64,000 nt of DNA, from assembly GCA_943327105.2 (NCBI GenBank), contig CALPVV020000001.1, positions 3,276-67,275 on the forward strand, in the 5' to 3' direction. The notes under the pieces are model-generated. The model was not told the DNA's origin and did not search any database. It worked only from the letters and a program-made list of their open reading frames with translations. The stretch's first letter is position 1; every line of letters starts with the position of its first letter. Source of the stretch: Nitrosovibrio sp. Nv4. Its GTDB lineage: Bacteria; Bdellovibrionota; UBA1018; CAIMNF01. Of this stretch, positions 55,513-64,000 are shown one piece after another. The position numbers and the translations under genes were made by a program.

Positions 55513-58000
55513 GGCTAGCTGCCCCTTTTTTCTTAAACATGATTTCAAAACAGGTGTTTGAATCTTCAGGAACAACACGAATCATGCCCTGGTGCTCTTC
55601 AATAATTCCTTTAACAATTGAAAGTCCCAGGCCTGTTCCTTCACCAACCGGCTTCGTGGTATAAAAGGGGTTGAACATCTTTTCAACAATGTCAGGCTTG
55701 ATGCCGTTTCCAGAGTCACGAATTAGCAAAACCACATGATCGTTGGAATCTTCAATGGTGAGCTTGATCCATTTCTCGCTTAATTCCTTAATCGCATCAA
55801 TACTGTTGTTGATCATGTTGATGATGATTTGTTCAATCTCGATATCATTGCATTCAATGGTCAAATCATTTTTAACCTCGAGTTCTACTAAGATTGAATA
55901 GCGGCTGGCCTTATTTTCAGTAAGAATGATTGATTCGCGCACAATTTCAGCCAGAGAGTATTCTCGATTGAGTGTTTTAACGGAAGCTCTTGAAAATTTT
56001 CTTAGACCGGTGACAATCTTTGAAATTCTTTCAGCCGCTTTCAGTATGTTTTCGACTTTCTGATTGAATTTTTCAGGGTTGCTAAGAAATCTCGGAATGA
56101 GAATAGCAGAGCCGTGGATGATCGAAAGTGGGTTATTGATTTCATGAGCAACGCTTGCTGCTAACTCACCAAGAGTTGCAAGTTTTGAACTTTGAATGCT
56201 TTTTGCACGCTCAAGCTCAAGCGCTTCTTGTGTTGCTAACTCCGTGGTGATGTCATTGGCGATTCCCATGACGTATCGTGGTTCACCACTTTCATCATTG
56301 ATCGCGACCTTTTGAGTTACGATGGTTCTAAAGCCATCTTTAGTTTCAAGTTTGTCAGTTTGTTGTGTGATGCTTCCCGAAAGTTTCAAAGTTTCTTCAT
56401 CTGCAGTATAGAAACCCTCTGCGATTTCCTTAGGAAATAATTCAAAATCATTTTTTCCAATCACTTCTTTGAGGCCAAGTTTGAAAAACTTTTCCCCATT
56501 TTTATTGATCAACGAATAGGCAAAATTCTTTTTCTTGTCTTTTACGAAAATAATCGAAGGAATATTTTCCAGAATGACTTCAAGAAACTTTTGTCGCTCT
56601 TGAAGTTCATTTTCTTTTGTCATGAGGTCATTGACGTTCTGAATGGTACCAGAAACTTCAGAGACGTTACCGAATTGATCCAAGCTTGAATGAATTGCTG
56701 CCTCGACCCAATTGATAATTCCGTTTGCTGTGAGTCTGACTCGAGCTGTTGTTGAATGTTTTGTTGTAAGGCAATATCTGAAATTATCCAAAAAAAGACT
56801 ACGATCTTCATGATGGATTTTTTCTGAAAGACGTTCAAAAGTCGGTTCAAGTAAGTCGGGACTTTCACCGAGCAAACGGAACATTTGTTTTGACCACTGT
56901 ATTTGTCTATGTTTTACATGGTAATTCCAGCTTCCAATATCAGCAGTTTGTTGTGCTTCTTCCAGCTGTTCACGGAGTTGTTCTTTTTCTCCGCGTGCAA
57001 TTACCAGATCAGACATGTCGCGGCCAATTCCGTAAATTGTGGTCATGCCTGGTGTGTATTGGCAGCTCCAAGAGATCGTTTTGTAGCTGCCATCCTTGCA
57101 CTGACAGCGATTTTCAAAGTTTAGAACCGGTTCACCTCTGATGATCATTTTCACGATAGCTTTTGATTTTCTTATGTCATCAGGATGAACAAGTGATAAA
57201 AATGGTTTTTCTTTTAGTTCGTTTTCTGAATATCCCAAAACCCTACAAAAGCTCGGATTGACTTCCTTGAAATAGCCGTCCGGTCGAGCAACGCCCATCA
57301 AGTCCGGTGATGTATGAAAAAAATCATTCAACTGTTTGTTTGCTTTTTTAAGTTCTTCATCACTTTTGATTTTTTCATCGAATGCCTGTTTTACTTGCTT
57401 CTTTGCTTCTCTTTCAATTTCAATACGATAATCTTTTTCCCGTGCACTACGAGTCAAGATGATTAGGAATGCCAACGTCATTCCTGCCGCACCGATGAAG
57501 TTCAGGTGGTTTAATTGTTCTAAGTTGAAGTTATTCAGATCAATTGGATAAGGATATCGAATAAAACCGGCAAATTTGATCATCGACCAAGTACAAAATG
57601 GCAGAATTACGCTTACGGAAAAATAGTAGGGATTTTTCAGGTCGAAAAATACCATCGCCATCAAGATTGCGGGCGCAGCATAAACATCATTATTGATTTT
57701 ATGCGCAAATATCAGAGAGGTCAGATAAATATATGCATGGCTGGTTGCCAGTAATAAAAAACGGGAAAAGTTGTTTTTCCCTGCTTTGTTGATGTAATAA
57801 GCAAGTGGACAAATCACAACTACGCCAAAACCCATGATCATGGACGGCAGGTATATTCCTTTTAAATTGTAATAAAAGCAGTAGAGCGTAAAGGTGAAGG
57901 CAACACTGATCAAAATATTATGAAAGATCTTGTGGTTGGCAGATTGTGGTGCCGTTACGTCGAGTTTTTCGTAAGTTTCTTTTGTAATCTTCAGCATCAC
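55502..58000 (-). CDS. Multi-PAS sensor histidine kinase with polytopic N-terminal membrane domain
   Basis: About 6 TM helices, a coiled coil and three PAS-like modules. HisKA box AASVAHEINNPL. HATPase N box (NMINNSIDA), G1 (RDSGNGI) and G2 (GTGLGLS). Confidence 0.9.
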   Translation of the reverse strand: MMLKITKETYEKLDVTAPQSANHKIFHNILISVAFTFTLYCFYYNLKGIYLPSMIMGFGVVVICPLAYYINKAGKNNFSRFLLLATSHAYIYLTSLIFAHKINNDVYAAPAILMAMVFFDLKNPYYFSVSVILPFCTWSMIKFAGFIRYPYPIDLNNFNLEQLNHLNFIGAAGMTLAFLIILTRSAREKDYRIEIEREAKKQVKQAFDEKIKSDEELKKANKQLNDFFHTSPDLMGVARPDGYFKEVNPSFCRVLGYSENELKEKPFLSLVHPDDIRKSKAIVKMIIRGEPVLNFENRCQCKDGSYKTISWSCQYTPGMTTIYGIGRDMSDLVIARGEKEQLREQLEEAQQTADIGSWNYHVKHRQIQWSKQMFRLLGESPDLLEPTFERLSEKIHHEDRSLFLDNFRYCLTTKHSTTARVRLTANGIINWVEAAIHSSLDQFGNVSEVSGTIQNVNDLMTKENELQERQKFLEVILENIPSIIFVKDKKKNFAYSLINKNGEKFFKLGLKEVIGKNDFELFPKEIAEGFYTADEETLKLSGSITQQTDKLETKDGFRTIVTQKVAINDESGEPRYVMGIANDITTELATQEALELERAKSIQSSKLATLGELAASVAHEINNPLSIIHGSAILIPRFLSNPEKFNQKVENILKAAERISKIVTGLRKFSRASVKTLNREYSLAEIVRESIILTENKASRYSILVELEVKNDLTIECNDIEIEQIIINMINNSIDAIKELSEKWIKLTIEDSNDHVVLLIRDSGNGIKPDIVEKMFNPFYTTKPVGEGTGLGLSIVKGIIEEHQGMIRVVPEDSNTCFEIMFKKKGAASHAA

Positions 58001-58070
58001 CGACTTATCGGCAAATTAAAGTAAATTCTTCAAAATGTCTGTCGGTATTGCGTCGTAAATTTGACGGCTG

Positions 58071-58868
58071 TTATTTCTTCACTCCGACAACATACGCAAG
58101 CCAGTCTCGACGATTATCACCATGTTCTTGAGGCAAAAATTCATCAGCTTCATCATCACTATGTTCCCAAAGAACCATAGATTGTTTGAATCCTGCTTCT
58201 TCAAGAATTTCTCGGGTCTCGCGAATTTCCCAAATTCGCCAATGGTATGTAAAGGCGTCTTCCAGCCATTTCCCATCTGGTAATTTGAAATGAATGGCGT
58301 AGTCGTTGACCTGAGTTACGGGGTCATACTGTTTTTGCTGCCAAACCGATTGAACAGTGCCAACGCCATCTACTTTAAATTTCTTCTTATCGCTGATGTT
58401 TTCCTTAAAGCCTTCACCGCCCGCCATCTCTAAAAAGAAGACCCCCTTTTTTTCGAGAGACTCATATACTGCCTTGAAGTATTTTAAAAGTGTCTTGCGC
58501 TCGTGAAAGGTATAGAACGAAAAATTATATGCCCCGATCCAATCGAATTTTTCACGAGTAGGTTTCAAAACATCCTGCTTCAAAAGCTTAATTCGTTTTT
58601 TTTCAGCGGGGGTCATGTCGGCCATATTCACTTTTTTGGCGTATTCAAGTGTTTTGGCGTCAAGGTCCAAACCTGTTGCACGGTGTTTGGGTGATATCTT
58701 TACCCATTCACAAGAAATGCGTGCAGTTCCACAAAAATCTTCGCGCATCGTTGTGGGTGGCTTTCCGAAAAGCCAAGTATAATATTGAGGCAGATAATTG
58801 GCCTGCCACTCAGGGCTTTGTACGGCTTCTTCGTAAAGTTTGAATTTTGAGATGCTTGATTTTTTCAT
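58071..58868 (-). CDS. Class I SAM-dependent methyltransferase
   Basis: MREDFCGTA (motif I variant) and a Rossmann-like alternation. 265 aa. Substrate unknown. Confidence 0.65.
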   Translation of the reverse strand: MKKSSISKFKLYEEAVQSPEWQANYLPQYYTWLFGKPPTTMREDFCGTARISCEWVKISPKHRATGLDLDAKTLEYAKKVNMADMTPAEKKRIKLLKQDVLKPTREKFDWIGAYNFSFYTFHERKTLLKYFKAVYESLEKKGVFFLEMAGGEGFKENISDKKKFKVDGVGTVQSVWQQKQYDPVTQVNDYAIHFKLPDGKWLEDAFTYHWRIWEIRETREILEEAGFKQSMVLWEHSDDEADEFLPQEHGDNRRDWLAYVVGVKK

Positions 58869-59624
58869 TTACGGCAGAGTAGCAAGAAACTCCTCGAATT
58901 TCGAGGCAATCTGTTCATCTGAGCGACATGCCTGATGATTCAATGCTGTTGCCACCGTTTCGCGGTATTTGGCCAATGAACTAGGTTCAATGGAGTCATC
59001 TCTATATCGAGCAAGATAAGTACGATAAAGGGAATTTCCAAGATCATTCATTTTTTTACGAAGGCATGACTGAAGTTTTGAATAACGATCAGCGGATAGT
59101 GGTTCTGCGTTCAACGCAGCTTTTGAATCTGTTCTACCGGTCAGTGTTTTCATATAGAATTTTAAAGCCAGATTCTTCGCTGAAGTATCGATTGTGGGAG
59201 TCCCGGTTACCGGAGCTTTTGAAAGATTCAACCCTTTGTCATTAAATACATCTCCCATTTCACCGACAATATTTACTCTGAAGTAAAAGGTCTTATTTTC
59301 AAGATTGAAACGATAAAGCGTTGGTTCTAGGCCACCTTTATAGTCGACATGGGTTTTTTCAAACATGTGATAAGCGCCGTTTGTCGTTAAAATATAGTGG
59401 TTACGACCGAGATTGTAATTGTCGTCACAGGTAATGAAATACATGCTTTCGTCATCATCGCTGGGAAAGCCCTCTGAAAATCGGTCACCCTCGATGTTTA
59501 CGGATAAGGCTCTTGCGCAAGCCCGAAGTGGGGTGAGGTCTTGAGCTTGGGCTATTGGCCCAATATTCAATAAAGAGAGTGAAGCGAGCGCGAATAGACT
59601 GGTAAACTTAATTTGTTTAATCAT
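58869..59624 (-). CDS. Hypothetical secreted protein
   Basis: Signal peptide ..LNIGPIAQA. No recognisable domain. Its stop abuts the downstream start. Confidence 0.55.
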   Translation of the reverse strand: MIKQIKFTSLFALASLSLLNIGPIAQAQDLTPLRACARALSVNIEGDRFSEGFPSDDDESMYFITCDDNYNLGRNHYILTTNGAYHMFEKTHVDYKGGLEPTLYRFNLENKTFYFRVNIVGEMGDVFNDKGLNLSKAPVTGTPTIDTSAKNLALKFYMKTLTGRTDSKAALNAEPLSADRYSKLQSCLRKKMNDLGNSLYRTYLARYRDDSIEPSSLAKYRETVATALNHQACRSDEQIASKFEEFLATLP

Positions 59625-59812
59625 GCACGACGAGGTTTAACAGGGGTGGTGCAAAAAGCCAATCAAATATTAAACTAAATGTATTTAATCTCTTGCCTGG
59701 GGGGGTCTTTGTACCCGACAATAAAGATCGGACAAGCGTAAAGATTACTAATAAAATTAATAGTGTAACCTTCTTTCATGAGATGTCGTATTTAATGGAT
59801 GGAAGGGCAGTT

Positions 59813-60850
59813 ATGAAAAAATTGTTAGTCTTTTGTAGCATCATCATTTTCAGCGCTCTCAGTGAAGGACAAATATCCATGGCAGCCGATTCATCCTCAA
59901 ACAAAAGTGATCTTTTGAAGAAACTCACACCTGAGCAATTTGCGGTAACGCAGCAATGTTCAACCGAGCCACCATTTCGGAACAAATACTGGGATCATCA
60001 CGAACCAGGAATTTATGTCGATGTCGTCGATGGAAAACCACTTTTCTCATCGAAAGACAAATTTGACTCTGGTTCGGGTTGGCCGAGTTTTACTCGCCCC
60101 ATTGAAAGCGGCCTTGTAGACAATATCAAAGATACAAGTCATGGAATGATTCGTATCGAGGTGAAATCAAAAGAAGCGCAATCACACCTAGGACATGTTT
60201 TTGATGATGGCCCCGGTCCTGATCATCAACGATACTGCATCAACTCGGCGTCGCTTAAATTCATTCATGCCCGCGATCTTGAAAAAGAAGGCTATGGCAA
60301 ATATCTGAAAGATTTTCCTGAGTTTCAAAAAAAATCACCGATCGATAAAAACACCAAAGTTAAAACTGAAGAAGTTATAGTCGCTGGTGGTTGCTTTTGG
60401 GGTGTCCAGGAACTCATCAGAAAAATTCCCGGTGTGATCGACACGAAGGTCGGCTACTCAGGTGGTACATTAAAAAATGCCACTTACAACGATGTGAAGA
60501 AAGGTGATACCGGTCATGCAGAATCGGTTAAGGTTGTTTTTGATCCTGCAAAAGTGACCATTGAGGCATTGCTTGATCACTTCTTTGCCTTGCATGATCC
60601 GACCACTTTGAACCGTCAAGGAAATGATATTGGACACCCTTATCGTTCGGCGATTTTTTTTGAAAATGATCATCAAAAGGAAGTGGCGCTCAAGAAGATC
60701 AAAGAGTGGAATGAATCAAAAAAATGGAAAAACCCGATTGTGACTGAAGTCAAAAAAGCGGGCGACTTTTTTTTGGCGGAAGAGTATCACCAGGATTATC
60801 TGGTGAAAAATCCGAACGGCTATACTTGTCACTTTTATCGGAAGTTCTGA
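59813..60850 (+). CDS. msrAB: Exported bifunctional methionine sulfoxide reductase (MsrB then MsrA domains)
   Basis: Signal peptide [16 protein letters not shown]. The MsrB/SelR domain has [34 protein letters not shown] and RYCINS. The MsrA domain has [20 protein letters not shown] and YHQ.YL. Confidence 0.9.
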   Translation: MKKLLVFCSIIIFSALSEGQISMAADSSSNKSDLLKKLTPEQFAVTQQCSTEPPFRNKYWDHHEPGIYVDVVDGKPLFSSKDKFDSGSGWPSFTRPIESGLVDNIKDTSHGMIRIEVKSKEAQSHLGHVFDDGPGPDHQRYCINSASLKFIHARDLEKEGYGKYLKDFPEFQKKSPIDKNTKVKTEEVIVAGGCFWGVQELIRKIPGVIDTKVGYSGGTLKNATYNDVKKGDTGHAESVKVVFDPAKVTIEALLDHFFALHDPTTLNRQGNDIGHPYRSAIFFENDHQKEVALKKIKEWNESKKWKNPIVTEVKKAGDFFLAEEYHQDYLVKNPNGYTCHFYRKF

Positions 60851-60897
60851 TCGTGGTATGATGGTTGCTATACAAACCAGTGAAAGGATTCACGACC

Positions 60898-62049
60898 ATG
60901 ATCGGCTTCGAACTCTCAGAAGATCAAAAACAACTTCAAGACCTCGCTCGTAAATTTGCAAAAGATGAAATGATTCCCCATGCGGAACACCATGATCGTA
61001 CCGGTGAGTTTCCTTATGAAGTAACCAAAAAAGCATGGGAACTCGGTTTGATGAACACTCACGTTCCGGCAGAGTACGGTGGACTTGGTTTAAGTGTTCT
61101 TGATGGCATCATCATCACCGAAGAGCTTGCTTATGGCTGTACCGGAATTGCTACCGCGATGGAAGCAAACTCACTTGCTTCAGCGCCAGTGATGGTTGCA
61201 GGCAATGACGAACAGAAGAAACAATTTTTGGGAATGCTCACCGGAGAGCCAAAATATGCTGCTTACTGCGTGACTGAACCCGGAGCTGGATCTGATGTTG
61301 CGGGTATTGCAACCACTGCAAAAAAAGTGGGCGATGACTATGTGATCAATGGATCAAAGATGTGGATCACCAACGCCAACGTGGCAAGCTGGTACTTCGT
61401 ACTTGCCTATACTGACCCATCCCTAAAACACAAAGGAATGACGGGATTTCTTGTTCCACGCGATACGCCGGGTATCACAGTCGGTAAAAAGGAAGACAAC
61501 CTCGGTCAAAGAGCTTCAGACACACGAGCGATCACATTTGAAGATGTGAAGATTCCTTCGAAGTACCGCCTTGGTAACGAAGGTGAAGGATTTAAAATTG
61601 CAATGAGTGCCTTCGACCACACCCGTCCGGTGGTGGCTGCTGGTGCCGTTGGTCTTGCTCGACGTGCAATGGATGAAGCAATCAAATATGCGCTCACCCG
61701 TAAAACATTTGGTCAGCCAATCGCAGCCTATCAGGCAATTAGTTTCATGATAGCCGATATGGCAAAAGACATCGAAGCGGCCCGTCACCTGGTGTGGCGT
61801 GCTGGTTGGGAAATCGACCAAGGTCGCCGCAATACCAAGTTTGCAGCGATGGCAAAAGCCTTTGCTGCCGATATGGCAATGCAAGTGACTACGAATGCGG
61901 TTCAAGTGTTTGGTGGTTACGGATATTCAAAAGAATATCCGGTAGAGAAGCTCATGCGTGATGCGAAGATTTATCAGATTTACGAAGGTACTTCACAGAT
62001 TCAGCGCATGATCATTGCCAAAGACGCTTTTGATAATGCAAAAGGATAA
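60898..62049 (+). CDS. Acyl-CoA dehydrogenase (short/medium-chain type)
   Basis: [45 protein letters not shown]. 383 aa. Confidence 0.9.
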   Translation: MIGFELSEDQKQLQDLARKFAKDEMIPHAEHHDRTGEFPYEVTKKAWELGLMNTHVPAEYGGLGLSVLDGIIITEELAYGCTGIATAMEANSLASAPVMVAGNDEQKKQFLGMLTGEPKYAAYCVTEPGAGSDVAGIATTAKKVGDDYVINGSKMWITNANVASWYFVLAYTDPSLKHKGMTGFLVPRDTPGITVGKKEDNLGQRASDTRAITFEDVKIPSKYRLGNEGEGFKIAMSAFDHTRPVVAAGAVGLARRAMDEAIKYALTRKTFGQPIAAYQAISFMIADMAKDIEAARHLVWRAGWEIDQGRRNTKFAAMAKAFAADMAMQVTTNAVQVFGGYGYSKEYPVEKLMRDAKIYQIYEGTSQIQRMIIAKDAFDNAKG

Positions 62050-62058
62050 GTTAGAGAA

Positions 62059-62961
62059 CTAACGGTTCTCGTCTTCAAGCCCTTGCTTGATTCTTAAATA
62101 GCTATGATAACGGGAGAGCCCTTCGATGCTCTCCCGTTTTTGTTGAACTTCATAAAGTTCCGGGAAGTGCTGGATCAGGTCGTTTGGTTTGATGCCGAAA
62201 AGTCCGAACTCTTTAATGCCAGGGGTATCGATAAAGCGAGTGCCTGGTTCAGGTTGAAGCAGCAACGAAACCGTAGTGGTGTGTTTACCCTTGCCTGTGT
62301 AAGAATTCACGCTTCCGATCTTGCCTATTTTTTCACCGAATAATTCTTGTAATAGTGATGTTTTACCAACGCCCGAGTGTCCGCAAAAAACAGAAGTTTT
62401 GCCTCGCACCTTTTCACGTAAAATTTCAAGAGATACCGGGTCATGTGCTGAAACCGGGAAGCATTGATAGCCCATGTCTGAATATAGCTTCCATGGGGTC
62501 TTGTCGGTGACGGACGGATCTTCTGCAAGGTCCATCTTGTTGATCACGATGAGTGGAACGATTTCTTCTTGTTGAGTCGCAATCAAAAAACGATCAATCA
62601 AGCCCGGTGAAAAGGGCGGGTCAAGAAATGCTGAAACGATCACTACTTGATCGACGTTTGCGGCAATCGTGTGAAGAACCTGGCCTTCGCGGCCCGGAGC
62701 TTTTCTTTGAATTTTGTTTTTGCGAGGAATCAGGTTCTCAACCACCCCGTCTTTCGAGCCGAGTACTTTGATCTCGACACGGTCACCAGGAGCGACCGGA
62801 GATCTTTCGCGCCATTCGACTTTCTTATTCAAAAACTGAGAACGACGGTAAGAGCAAAGTAGTTTTTTATCGGTATCGTGATCAAGAATCACATTGCATT
62901 GATTCGGAAAAACTTCACTGACAACGCCGCTAACCAGGTTTGATGTATTTTGTGGTTCCAT
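62059..62961 (-). CDS. rsgA: Ribosome small-subunit-dependent GTPase A
   Basis: OB-fold N-terminus. Circularly permuted GTPase (INKMDL ... GHSGVGKTSLL ... GKHTTT ... DTPG). Confidence 0.9.
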   Translation of the reverse strand: MEPQNTSNLVSGVVSEVFPNQCNVILDHDTDKKLLCSYRRSQFLNKKVEWRERSPVAPGDRVEIKVLGSKDGVVENLIPRKNKIQRKAPGREGQVLHTIAANVDQVVIVSAFLDPPFSPGLIDRFLIATQQEEIVPLIVINKMDLAEDPSVTDKTPWKLYSDMGYQCFPVSAHDPVSLEILREKVRGKTSVFCGHSGVGKTSLLQELFGEKIGKIGSVNSYTGKGKHTTTVSLLLQPEPGTRFIDTPGIKEFGLFGIKPNDLIQHFPELYEVQQKRESIEGLSRYHSYLRIKQGLEDENR

Positions 62962-63611
62962 TATTTTCTCGCTAACGCGCCGGCAACGCGTTTGCCTTGG
63001 TCATCGTATTCTTTGTAGGTGATCATTTGAAAATCTTTTAGCAGCTCTTGCAATTCGTTACTCTTAACCCAGAATAGTGACGGGGCTTTTTTGGGGTCAC
63101 CATTATAGACCTCTTCATAGAGCATGATGTAACCGCCCTTTTTTAGAGATTTTTTCAGGCTCGGTAATAGGCTTTTATCGAAAAAGAGGGAAATGAAAAT
63201 AAAGTCGAATTGGTTTTCTGGGAATTTGTATTCCTTCAAGTCAACAACCGATGCCTTGAGTTTGAGATTCATTTTCTTGGCCATGACCTTGGCTTTGTCG
63301 ACAGCGATGTCAGAAATGTCATTTCCGATGACATCGAAACCGTTCTTTGCCAGGAACAGCGCGTTTCGCCCTTCGCCCATTGCAGGAACGAATGCTTTCC
63401 CTCTGGGAATCTTAGAGAGGTTCTCTTTTAAAAACCCGACCGCTTCTTTACCGAATGCGTTGTCTTTTTGTTTGTAAAAGGAATCCCAAAAAGATCTCTC
63501 TTCATCGGCACTTTCACCGGTGATTGCTTCATAGGTGTTGTGCTCGATGGGTTTGCCAACGGGCTGGGCATGAGCCACTTGGGCCATAAAGATCAATAGA
63601 AACCAATTCAC
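62961..63611 (-). CDS. Class I SAM-dependent methyltransferase (TehB-like) with N-terminal signal-peptide-like segment
   Basis: MNWFLLIFMAQVAHAQ, then AFVPAMGEGRNALFLAKNGFDVIGNDIS (motif I / post-I). The stop shares 1 nt with the rsgA start (TAATG). Confidence 0.7.
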   Translation of the reverse strand: MNWFLLIFMAQVAHAQPVGKPIEHNTYEAITGESADEERSFWDSFYKQKDNAFGKEAVGFLKENLSKIPRGKAFVPAMGEGRNALFLAKNGFDVIGNDISDIAVDKAKVMAKKMNLKLKASVVDLKEYKFPENQFDFIFISLFFDKSLLPSLKKSLKKGGYIMLYEEVYNGDPKKAPSLFWVKSNELQELLKDFQMITYKEYDDQGKRVAGALARK

Positions 63612-63722
63612 ACCCTCAGCCTATGTCAGATGAGTGTCGTCATGCAAGATTTCACATGGGTAGAACGTCAAAAAAAGCACTCTCGTAAGTCTTTAAAAGA
63701 TATCAGAAAATGAAAATTACAG

Positions 63723-64000
63723 ATGGTTCAAGAGCTTCGGTGTTCCCGCTATACGGCATTTCTTACTTATTTCATGGTGGCCTTCCCGGTCACCTATTTG
63801 CTATTTGCATCGTTTATCTTTGAGTTGGGTTCTCAAGGCATTTTGAATGTGGTCCTTTCGCCGTTGTTTTATCTATCATCATTCTTCTGGATCGCGACCG
63901 GCGTCGGGTTGAGAACCTTGCGAAAATGGTCTTGGCGGACGTTCATCGTCGCGCAATTTTTCATCACTTATCTGAATGCACTCAATTTGGTTCAGCATAG
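63723..64000 (+). CDS. Hypothetical membrane protein, N-terminal fragment (runs off window)
   Basis: I translated this by hand: MVQELRCSRYTAFLTYFMVAFPVTYLLFASFIFELG...WIATGVGL...FIVAQFFITYLN. It is open to the window end and has several hydrophobic helices. Confidence 0.4.
   Translation, partial: MVQELRCSRYTAFLTYFMVAFPVTYLLFASFIFELGSQGILNVVLSPLFYLSSFFWIATGVGLRTLRKWSWRTFIVAQFFITYLNALNLVQH

Noticed and set aside
1-64000. CRISPR arrays, IS elements, prophage or integron structures
   Set aside because: I saw no regularly spaced direct repeats, no transposase/integrase-plus-att architecture and no phage structural genes on either strand.

Overview
Densely packed bacterial chromosomal window with about 65 protein-coding genes and two tRNAs (Asn-GTT, Ser-TGA). 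I saw no rRNA, CRISPR array, transposase or obvious prophage. Most genes are housekeeping: glnN (type III glutamine synthetase), leuS, dcd, udk, prs-pth-ychF, trmFO, xerC-like, rnj, rsmE, rsgA, metNIQ, dps, tatA, msrBA. Mixed in are many envelope and peptidoglycan-remodelling genes (SpoIID-like, two lytic transglycosylases, a LysM lipoprotein, an M14 amidase-like peptidase, OmpA and other beta-barrel proteins) and nucleotide-salvage genes. Gene content and the moderately AT-rich composition (judged by eye) suggest a Bdellovibrio-like predatory proteobacterium, but that is only a guess. The region from about 23.0 to 36.0 kb looks accessory and holds the two most interesting items. (1) A tightly packed five-gene operon (30021-35720) encodes an outer-membrane beta-barrel protein, a TPR lipoprotein and a 770-aa protein. 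That protein has a signal peptide, a periplasmic domain, one TM helix and a full-length FliG-like cytoplasmic domain, and it is followed by MotA-like and MotB-like stator subunits. No other flagellar genes are nearby, so this is a candidate non-flagellar rotor/stator envelope machine. (2) A 389-aa protein has a diadenylate-cyclase-like (DisA_N/DAC) core with a variant RHR motif and a C-terminal CxxC...CxxC zinc ribbon. It heads an operon of orphan response regulators and an Hpt protein with no histidine kinase nearby. Smaller observations: tandem beta-CASP ribonucleases, a structured metNIQ leader with mutually exclusive hairpins, divergent genes whose signal-peptide-coding 5' ends overlap, and several signal-peptide-bearing enzymes that are normally cytoplasmic. 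All functional calls come from reading motifs in the supplied translations. No database search was run.
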